Shown in pieces: positions 57,491-64,000 of a DNA stretch of 64,000 bases. Where the stretch lies: assembly GCA_964386665.1 (NCBI GenBank), contig CAYLQP010000005.1, positions 177 to 64,176 of the forward strand. The letters are read 5' to 3'. This DNA is from an uncultured Candidatus Saccharibacteria bacterium (lineage in GTDB: Bacteria; Patescibacteriota; Minisyncoccia; Phycocordibacterales; CAIRYW01). Below the pieces are notes generated by a model. The model was not told the origin of the DNA. It worked only from the letters and a program-made list of their open reading frames with translations, and ran no database searches. The translations under genes and the position numbers were made by a program. Each line of letters opens with the position of its first letter. The stretch's first letter is position 1.

Positions 57491-57629
57491 ATTATTTTAG
57501 AATATTGAATGATGAATCTATAATACTTTGTAATGAATCAAGAATCATATCAAGAGTTAATATTTTGAGAAGCGCTTTTTAAAGCCAAAACTTAATTCCT
57601 GAATCTCGACTCTCGATTCTATTTTACTA

Positions 57630-58172
57630 TCAAATCCGTCTTACTTGCAAAAAGTCTAGCTCAACTGGAGTTTCTCGTCCAAACATTGAAACAAGAACTT
57701 TAATCTTTCCTTTTTCTCGATCAACTTCTGCAACCTTCCCTTCAAGTTCTTTGAATGGACCGTCCACTATTGTTACCGCATCATCTATTTCAAGGTCAAT
57801 ATTATGCTTTGGAGTACTGTTATCCATCCGTCGGAAAAGTTCATCAACTTCTTTCTTTTCAAGAGGTACTGGATATACTCCACTACCAACGAACCCTGTA
57901 ACTCGAGGTGTGTTTCGAACTACGTACCAAGAATCGTCAGTTACAATCATATCTACAAGAACGTACCCTGGGTAGATTTTTTCTTCTTCTTCAGTTCGTT
58001 TGTTTCCTTTGATTTTGATTTTCTTTTCTGTTGGAACAATCACGTTGAAAATCCGATCCTCCATTCCAAGAGATTCAATTCGTTGTTTAAGGTTTTTTGC
58101 CACTGCATTTTCATACCCAGCGTATGTATGAATTGCAAACCAGTTTCGTTCTCCTTCAGCTTGTTTTGACAT
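57630..58172 (-). CDS. nusG: Transcription termination/antitermination factor NusG
   Basis: NGN domain (WFAIHTYAGYENAV) and a C-terminal KOW domain. Confidence 0.9.
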   Translation of the reverse strand: MSKQAEGERNWFAIHTYAGYENAVAKNLKQRIESLGMEDRIFNVIVPTEKKIKIKGNKRTEEEEKIYPGYVLVDMIVTDDSWYVVRNTPRVTGFVGSGVYPVPLEKKEVDELFRRMDNSTPKHNIDLEIDDAVTIVDGPFKELEGKVAEVDREKGKIKVLVSMFGRETPVELDFLQVRRI

Positions 58173-58184
58173 AGTACTGTTTAA

Positions 58185-58367
58185 TTAAAAGTTAAGTAAT
58201 TTTGAAAGACCTTCTTTAAATAAAAAATCAAAAAGTCCAAGCGCGACTGCAACTCCAATCGAAAACAAAATAACAAGCACGGTAAAAAAAGCAGTTTTCT
58301 TTTTGTCTGGGAAGATAACGTGTGTCATCTCATTTTTTACTTCTTTGATATACTCTCCTGGTTTCAT
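58185..58367 (-). CDS. secE: Preprotein translocase subunit SecE
   Basis: 60 aa with a single TM helix, immediately upstream of nusG (canonical secE-nusG-rplK order). Confidence 0.8.
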   Translation of the reverse strand: MKPGEYIKEVKNEMTHVIFPDKKKTAFFTVLVILFSIGVAVALGLFDFLFKEGLSKLLNF

Positions 58368-58470
58368 ATGGTTGTGAGTTAACTACTAAAGTCTTGTTCG
58401 TGTATTAAAAAACCCCTTCTTTGGGGTGTTTGTATCATACCTCTTTTATACCCCCTTTGTCAACAAACAA

Positions 58471-58495
58471 AAACACCCCTCAGTGAGGGGTGTTT
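58471..58495. terminator. Hairpin terminator (cacccctcagtgaggggtg + T-run). A second hairpin lies at 58412-58428.
   Basis: Two stem-loops between SIMPL and secE. Confidence 0.55.
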
Positions 58496-58505
58496 TTGTT
58501 GTCAC

Positions 58506-59297
58506 TTACTTGATTCTAAACTGAACCGAGACGCTTGAAACAATCTTGTTTTCTCCCATTGGTAGATCTGGAGTTGGAAGTGCTGCTCCTACTGCCATAG
58601 TATCCATAGACCGTTCTGCCTTCATAAACATTGGGCTATATCCCCCGTTGTTTTCAGAGAATGACACAATCTCGTCGAGATTAACTCCCAAGTCTTTGGC
58701 AAGTCTTTTGGCTTTTTTCTTGGCATCAGCAATTGCTTTTGTTCGAGCTTCAAGCTTTAACTCTTCATCATTATCGATTGTATATGTTACTTGGCTAAGG
58801 TTTTGAACCCCGAGTTCTGCAATCTTGGCAGTGACAACTGCTGTGTCTTCTGCTTTTCGAACCTTTACCGTAACAGAGTACGACGCGTCATAACCAACAA
58901 GTGTTGAGCCTGATGGTGGACAAGCAAACTGTGTACATGGTCGAGCAGTATAGTCATACTTCGGGTTAATACTTGGGGTTGAAACAATATCCTTGTCGGC
59001 AATTCCTTGATCTCGAAGCATCTTGATGACTGCGTTGTTTTTCTCAGTTGCTTTCTTTTGAGCTTCTGGAACTGTTTTTCCTTCTTCTGTAATAGTAAAG
59101 TTAAATGTCGCAATATCAGGAACCGCGAGCACTTCTCCTTCACCTGTCACGGTGATAGTGTCCATACTTTCTGGATTACCAGAGTAGTCTTTAAATTCAT
59201 TAAGTGATTTACCTAACAAAAATACTGCGAGAAGTACGAGAACAAGTTTTCCCAAACCTCGAACGCTCTTTGAGCTAAAAAATGTATTATATTCCAT
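58506..59297 (-). CDS. SIMPL-domain (DUF541) secreted/periplasmic protein
   Basis: Signal/anchor, then ITVTGEGEVLAVPDIATFNFTI... typical of the SIMPL family. 263 aa. Confidence 0.65.
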   Translation of the reverse strand: MEYNTFFSSKSVRGLGKLVLVLLAVFLLGKSLNEFKDYSGNPESMDTITVTGEGEVLAVPDIATFNFTITEEGKTVPEAQKKATEKNNAVIKMLRDQGIADKDIVSTPSINPKYDYTARPCTQFACPPSGSTLVGYDASYSVTVKVRKAEDTAVVTAKIAELGVQNLSQVTYTIDNDEELKLEARTKAIADAKKKAKRLAKDLGVNLDEIVSFSENNGGYSPMFMKAERSMDTMAVGAALPTPDLPMGENKIVSSVSVQFRIK

Positions 59298-59368
59298 ATG
59301 TGTAATTAAGCTTATAAACAGACATGTTTAGTTTAGCACAAACTCGTCTCAAGAAAAAACACCTTGTC

Positions 59369-60271
59369 TTAAAGATGGTTTTGATTCAAAAGTACACTTA
59401 ATACCACGTTTTCAAAAAGAGATGCAACCGTCATAGGACCAACTCCACCTGGCACCGGTGAAATTGCCGAGACAATCTTTGATACCTTTTCGAAATCAAC
59501 ATCACCAACAAGAGTTCGTTTCACCCCTTCTTCAAGGACCTTGCTTCCCGTGACCGAATTGGTCCCCACATCTACTACCACCTGCCCTGCACGGAAACAT
59601 TCTTTTCCAAAGTACTTTGGTTTTCCAACCGCAATAATAACAATATCGTGTTCTTTGATTACTTTTGGGAGATGCTCAGTTTTGCTATGAGCAATAGTAA
59701 CTGTTGCGTTTTCTTTCAGGAGAAGAAGGGCCACTGGCTTCCCCACAAGAAGAGATCGTCCCACAACAATCGCTCGTTTACCTTTAAGTTCGATTTTGTT
59801 TTTTTTGAGAAGTGACATTACCCCTCGTGCTGTTGCTGGAATAAACGAAGGAACAATGTTCTTAGGATCATTACCTCCACTTGCGCTTTCGTAAAGGAGT
59901 CCAGCGTTTTTTGAATGAAGACCATCTACGTCTTTTGAAGGGTCGATTGTTTCAAGAAGTTTAAATTTGTCGAGATGTTTCGGGATAGGAAGTTGCAAGA
60001 TAATACCCGAAATCCCCCGATCATCATTCAGGCTTCGAATCTCTTCAATCACATCTCTTTCTTTCACCGTCTCATCAAGTGGTATGTGTTGAACCTTCAC
60101 ACCAATTTCATTTGCAAAACGCTTTTTGTGTTCGATGTACGCGCAGGATTCTTTGTTGTCACCTATCTGAATGATTGCAAGACATGGGGAAACACCGAGT
60201 TTTTGTATCTCTTTTTTTAGCTTTTTTTGAATTTCAAGCGACAGCGCTTTGCCGTCTAGAATAGTTGCCAT
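59369..60271 (-). CDS. folD: Bifunctional methylenetetrahydrofolate dehydrogenase/cyclohydrolase
   Basis: ATILDGKALS... N-terminus, the Rossmann motif GRSLLVGKP and full-length FolD similarity. The start is placed at the internal Met (ATG at 60269-60271). Confidence 0.9.
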   Translation of the reverse strand: MATILDGKALSLEIQKKLKKEIQKLGVSPCLAIIQIGDNKESCAYIEHKKRFANEIGVKVQHIPLDETVKERDVIEEIRSLNDDRGISGIILQLPIPKHLDKFKLLETIDPSKDVDGLHSKNAGLLYESASGGNDPKNIVPSFIPATARGVMSLLKKNKIELKGKRAIVVGRSLLVGKPVALLLLKENATVTIAHSKTEHLPKVIKEHDIVIIAVGKPKYFGKECFRAGQVVVDVGTNSVTGSKVLEEGVKRTLVGDVDFEKVSKIVSAISPVPGGVGPMTVASLFENVVLSVLLNQNHL

Positions 60272-60410
60272 AGAAAATACTTTACCATATATTCTATGTT
60301 TTGGGTATAATTCAAAACCTTCATTTCTGAAGAAAATCCGATATCTCGGGTTCTCTTTAAAAATGATCGCGCGAACCATCCGAAAACGGATGCGCGATCA
60401 AACATGTCTA

Positions 60411-60812
60411 TCACTTCAACTCTCCAAAATAATGTCCAGGAGCAAGAAACTCTGGTAAGGGAGGAACTTGCGCCCCTACACTTTCCACCCGAGGTTGAGC
60501 GGGGACTTGTGGCTCAGGTTCAAACTCCTGTTTCAAAACAGGTTTAGCTTTTGAAGCTGAAGCATCAGAGATACCCCGAATCAAACCAAAAGCATCAGAA
60601 ATGGGCCCGTTATACTCATAGACCAGTTTATCACCTTCGGTTAGACCAATAAGTGTGAGAGTACAACCTATTGGAAGAATTCTTGGTAAAGCACCTTTGT
60701 TTCTTTCAAGGATAATGATATAGCTTTTCATTTGATCATGATATTGAATGTACATCCTACTTCTTGAAAAACCACTGGGTTTCCCTTTCGGATTGATGGG
60801 CTCTGCTGTCAA
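60411..60812 (-). CDS. Hypothetical protein (133 aa)
   Basis: ORF with a Pro-rich C-terminus. No motif. Confidence 0.3.
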   Translation of the reverse strand: MTAEPINPKGKPSGFSRSRMYIQYHDQMKSYIIILERNKGALPRILPIGCTLTLIGLTEGDKLVYEYNGPISDAFGLIRGISDASASKAKPVLKQEFEPEPQVPAQPRVESVGAQVPPLPEFLAPGHYFGELK

Positions 60813-60837
60813 AGCTCATCATCCCAAAAGTGAATAC

Positions 60838-60871
60838 TAAAAAACCGGCTCGCCTGAGGGCGAGCCGGTTT
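60838..60871. terminator. Hairpin terminator (ccggctcgcctgagggcgagccgg)
   Basis: Perfect 10-bp stem flanked by A and T runs. Confidence 0.6.
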
Positions 60872-61003
60872 TGTGTTAATTTGATTTGAATCTATTTACA
60901 CAAAAAGCTCCCCTCTGGCATAGCCCAGAAGTAAAATCCAAAAAAGTATGTATTTGTGTTTCCTATTTTCATAGTAGTATTATACTAACAAAACAAAAAA
61001 TAA

Positions 61004-62404
61004 ATGCAAATGAAACATCCACAACCAAAAAGACATATCGATCTAAATCAAGAAGTGTACAAAAACGGACCTGTTCTCTATTGGATGAACCGTGATTGTC
61101 GTGTAGATGATAATTTCGCACTTCTCTTTGCACAGGAAAAAGCCCTTGAGCTTGATACCCCTCTTATCGTTCTCTATAACCTAGTACCTGGTTTTCTTGG
61201 GGGCACATTACGCAGTCATCACTTCAAAATCGAAGGCTTAAAAGAAGTTGAAGAAAACCTCAAGAAAAAAAATATCCCTTTCTTTTTAATCGAGGGAGAT
61301 GATACAGAAAAAGAGATTGTGAAGTTTATCGAACAAAAAAACATTGGATATCTTGTAACAGACTTTTCTCCCCTTAAGACTTCTATCAAGTGGGAAAGAT
61401 ACATCAAATCTCACATTTCTATCCCCTTTGTCGTCCTCGATACACACAACATCGTACCGTGTTTTTTTGCTTCTCAAAAACTGGAATACGGTGCATACAC
61501 ACTACGACCAAAGTTACACAAACTTCTCCCTCTCTTCTTGCAAGAAATCCCAAAACTTAAAACACAAACAAAAAAGGTGTCTCATCAAAAACCAATTGAC
61601 TGGCAAAAAGTTTTACATAACAAGAAACTCAAACTCGTTCCTCCTGCCAAGTGGATTACTGGTGGAGAAAAAGCCGGATTAAAAATGCTTCGTTCTTTTT
61701 TGAAAGAAAAACTAGATACGTATGGAACCGATCGAAATGATCCAACAAAAGATGGGCAATCGAATCTTTCGCCTTATTTACACTTCGGACATATATCTCC
61801 CCAGAGAGTGGTGCTCGAAGCGTTGAAGTATACACAAAGAACAATTGAAACTGTTTTGAACATCCAAAAGAATGGAGCAAAAGAAGAGGCTGGCTCTCTT
61901 GAAGCGTTTATAGAGGAACTTGTGGTACGGCGAGAACTTGCAGACAACTTCTGTTTTTATAATCCACATTACGATACATTTGAAGGGTTCCCCGCTTGGG
62001 CCCAAAAAACACTCAATGAAGCCCGTGAAGACAAACGTGATTATGTATATAGCAAAAAACAATTTGAAGAAGCCCTTACTCACGACGAGCTTTGGAATGC
62101 GGCCCAAAACCAAATGGTTACCACAGGCAAGATGCACGGATATATGCGAATGTATTGGGCCAAAAAAATTCTCGAGTGGAGTAAGTCTCCCGAAGATGCA
62201 CTTGAAATAGCAATCTACCTAAATGATACATACGAACTCGATGGCCGTGATCCAAATGGCTATGCAGGTATTGCGTGGAGTATTGGTGGAGTCCACGATA
62301 GGGCTTGGTTTCCTCGAAAAGTGTTTGGTCTTGTACGCTTTATGGCACGAAGTGGTGTGGAAAAAAAGTGTGATGTAAAAAAGTATATCGAAATGTATAG
62401 CTAA
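61004..62404 (+). CDS. Deoxyribodipyrimidine photolyase (class II CPD-photolyase-like)
   Basis: N-terminal photolyase alpha/beta domain (LYWMNRDCRVDDNFAL) and a C-terminal FAD-binding helical domain. 466 aa. Confidence 0.8.
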   Translation: MQMKHPQPKRHIDLNQEVYKNGPVLYWMNRDCRVDDNFALLFAQEKALELDTPLIVLYNLVPGFLGGTLRSHHFKIEGLKEVEENLKKKNIPFFLIEGDDTEKEIVKFIEQKNIGYLVTDFSPLKTSIKWERYIKSHISIPFVVLDTHNIVPCFFASQKLEYGAYTLRPKLHKLLPLFLQEIPKLKTQTKKVSHQKPIDWQKVLHNKKLKLVPPAKWITGGEKAGLKMLRSFLKEKLDTYGTDRNDPTKDGQSNLSPYLHFGHISPQRVVLEALKYTQRTIETVLNIQKNGAKEEAGSLEAFIEELVVRRELADNFCFYNPHYDTFEGFPAWAQKTLNEAREDKRDYVYSKKQFEEALTHDELWNAAQNQMVTTGKMHGYMRMYWAKKILEWSKSPEDALEIAIYLNDTYELDGRDPNGYAGIAWSIGGVHDRAWFPRKVFGLVRFMARSGVEKKCDVKKYIEMYS

Positions 62405-62431
62405 CAAAAAATCCCCTTTCGGGGATTTTTT
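62405..62431 (+). terminator. Hairpin terminator (atcccctttcggggat + T-run)
   Basis: Stem-loop with TTCG loop directly after the photolyase stop. Confidence 0.6.
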
Positions 62432-62433
62432 GT

Positions 62434-62847
62434 TTATTCTTTTGTTTCTGTCTTTGTTTCTACTTCTGGGGTTTCAGCTGTATCAGTTCTCATCATTTCC
62501 ATTTTCATTCGTTTACTGATTTCTTTTGCAGCTTTTCGACGAACGTAATAGAGTTTTGCTCGTCTTACTTTCGCTCGTTTTGTTACTTCGATTTTGTCGA
62601 TAAGAGGAGAATAAAGCGGAAATACTTTTTCTACTCCATATCCTCCAGAAACTCGTCGTACAGTAAATGTCGCACCAGCTTCTGCTCCGTGTTTTCGCGC
62701 TAACACCATTCCTTCAAACATTTGAAGTCGTGTTTTACCTTTTTCTTGAATTTTTTGATATACCTTGACTGTATCTCCAGATTTCATATCAAGCGCTTTT
62801 CGCTCTTCAATATTTACTGTTGATGTGTGGGCAGTTACTTTTGTCAT
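62434..62847 (-). CDS. rplS: 50S ribosomal protein L19
   Basis: FxxGDTVKVxxKIxEGxKxRxQxFEGxVLARK... L19 signature with a charged C-terminal extension. Confidence 0.9.
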   Translation of the reverse strand: MTKVTAHTSTVNIEERKALDMKSGDTVKVYQKIQEKGKTRLQMFEGMVLARKHGAEAGATFTVRRVSGGYGVEKVFPLYSPLIDKIEVTKRAKVRRAKLYYVRRKAAKEISKRMKMEMMRTDTAETPEVETKTETKE

Positions 62848-62874
62848 AATGTCGATTACTCTATCATATAGGCG

Positions 62875-63618
62875 TTATTTTGGCAAATCGATTGAAAGCA
62901 ATTTAAACGCCTGGTTAAAATCCTCTGGAAATGGCGCCTCAAGAACGACTTCTTTGCCACTTAAATGTTTAAATATAAGCCTACTTGCATGAAGGGCGAG
63001 ACGCTTGAAAGAAAGAGGATTTCTTCGGTTTTTGGCATATAATCCATCGGCTAGGATGGGGTGACCTATAGCACTTAGATGAACTCGAATCTGATGTGTC
63101 CGACCTGTTTGTGGCCACACCTCCAAAAGAGATACCCCACTCGCACTTTTTTGAACTTTGTATTTTGTAAATGCTTCTCGCATTTCTCCCCGAGCATTGT
63201 TACCCACCGCCCACTTACGAACATCGGTTGTACTTCGTCCAATCGGAAAACTGATAAGTCCTCGAGAATCTCGTGGAGTGCCTGCAACAAAAGCAAAATA
63301 AGTTTTTTTGATTTCTCGGTCTTTGAACGCTTGTTTGAAGTATTCAAAACTTTCTTGGTTCTTGGTAATTATAAGAATCCCTGACGTCTCCTTGTCTATC
63401 CGATGAACAATTCCTGGGCGAGGCACTATTATTCCTTCATCAGTTTGCGTATCTTCTCCTACCCCTTCGATATCTGGATACTGCTTTAAAATCCAATCAA
63501 CAAGAGTAAGCTCATCTGTCTTCCCATCTCCATGAACAGCAATTCCAGCTGGCTTGTTGATAACAAGCAAGTCTTCGTCTTCAAAGATAATAGAAATCAG
63601 TTTAAACAATGTTTCCAT
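62875..63618 (-). CDS. RluA-family 23S rRNA/tRNA pseudouridine synthase
   Basis: Catalytic motif HRIDKETSG; S4-less RluA architecture. 247 aa. Confidence 0.88.
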   Translation of the reverse strand: METLFKLISIIFEDEDLLVINKPAGIAVHGDGKTDELTLVDWILKQYPDIEGVGEDTQTDEGIIVPRPGIVHRIDKETSGILIITKNQESFEYFKQAFKDREIKKTYFAFVAGTPRDSRGLISFPIGRSTTDVRKWAVGNNARGEMREAFTKYKVQKSASGVSLLEVWPQTGRTHQIRVHLSAIGHPILADGLYAKNRRNPLSFKRLALHASRLIFKHLSGKEVVLEAPFPEDFNQAFKLLSIDLPK

Positions 63619-63934
63619 TTTTTAATGCTTTATGAGATTTTAAGAAAAAGTAACCGACAATACTAAATGTAATGATTGGAGATACAAAATGTGGGACATG
63701 GTAACCAAAAGCATCTGCAAGCATAATGACACCAAGTGCAAAAATAGAATACATTGCACCGTTTTTTATAAACATATACTTTCTAATGCGGTCAATGTTC
63801 CCCACTGTAAGTTGTCGAAGTACAAGTGCTCCGATTCCATTTCCTAAAATAATAAGCGGAACTGAAAGCGTAAATGCAAATGCCCCAAGTACCCCATCGA
63901 TTGAAAACGTTGTATCGATCACTTCAAGATACAT
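63602..63934 (-). CDS. Hypothetical small membrane protein (3 TM)
   Basis: 110-aa ORF whose stop overlaps the RluA-family gene start. Hydrophobic. Confidence 0.35.
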   Translation of the reverse strand: MYLEVIDTTFSIDGVLGAFAFTLSVPLIILGNGIGALVLRQLTVGNIDRIRKYMFIKNGAMYSIFALGVIMLADAFGYHVPHFVSPIITFSIVGYFFLKSHKALKNGNIV

Positions 63935-64000
63935 TATCTTTGCAATATCAGATTTGTTTGAATGACCAGAGACCAGTTCTTTTTCGGTTTCCTCGGCAGT

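Overview
The window is AT-rich (about 35-40% GC) and compact, with a gene set typical of a Candidate Phyla Radiation / Parcubacteria-like bacterium. Most genes are on the minus strand and many carry hairpin terminators. It opens inside the 5' ~585 nt of a minus-strand 23S rRNA, with no 16S rRNA adjacent. Core genes recognised: rplJ-rplL, rpsF-ssb-rpsR, efp, tatD, metG, an AI-2E transporter, an M16 peptidase, glyQS, a recO-like gene, ileS, trhO, DoxX, argS, tmk, ftsK, recA, glyA, secE-nusG-rplK (no rplA follows), folD, a photolyase, rplS and an RluA-family pseudouridine synthase. Several large secreted or surface proteins are present. Three regions stand out. (1) 41.3-47.2 kb is a composite accessory island: ~35-bp direct repeats occur three times, each with a hairpin whose stem covaries around a conserved loop; a ~93-bp repeat is duplicated; a tRNA-like 3' fragment is present; and a 2.2-kb insert of about 60% GC carries co-oriented 512-aa and 142-aa ORFs. 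(2) 50.8-56.1 kb holds a pyrimidine/folate cluster: glyA, a dCMP-deaminase-like gene, a ThyA-family gene, dcd, a MazG-like gene, a GT2 glycosyltransferase and folA. By my hand alignment the ThyA homologue has Asp at the position of the invariant uracil-selecting Asn (E. coli N177), the substitution that defines cytosine specificity in T4 dCMP hydroxymethylase; this suggests an unconventional dCMP-C5 modification pathway. (3) ileS carries an in-frame ~190-aa insertion that matches the histidine-phosphatase (PGAM) RHG signature exactly. No CRISPR array and no complete tRNA gene were found.
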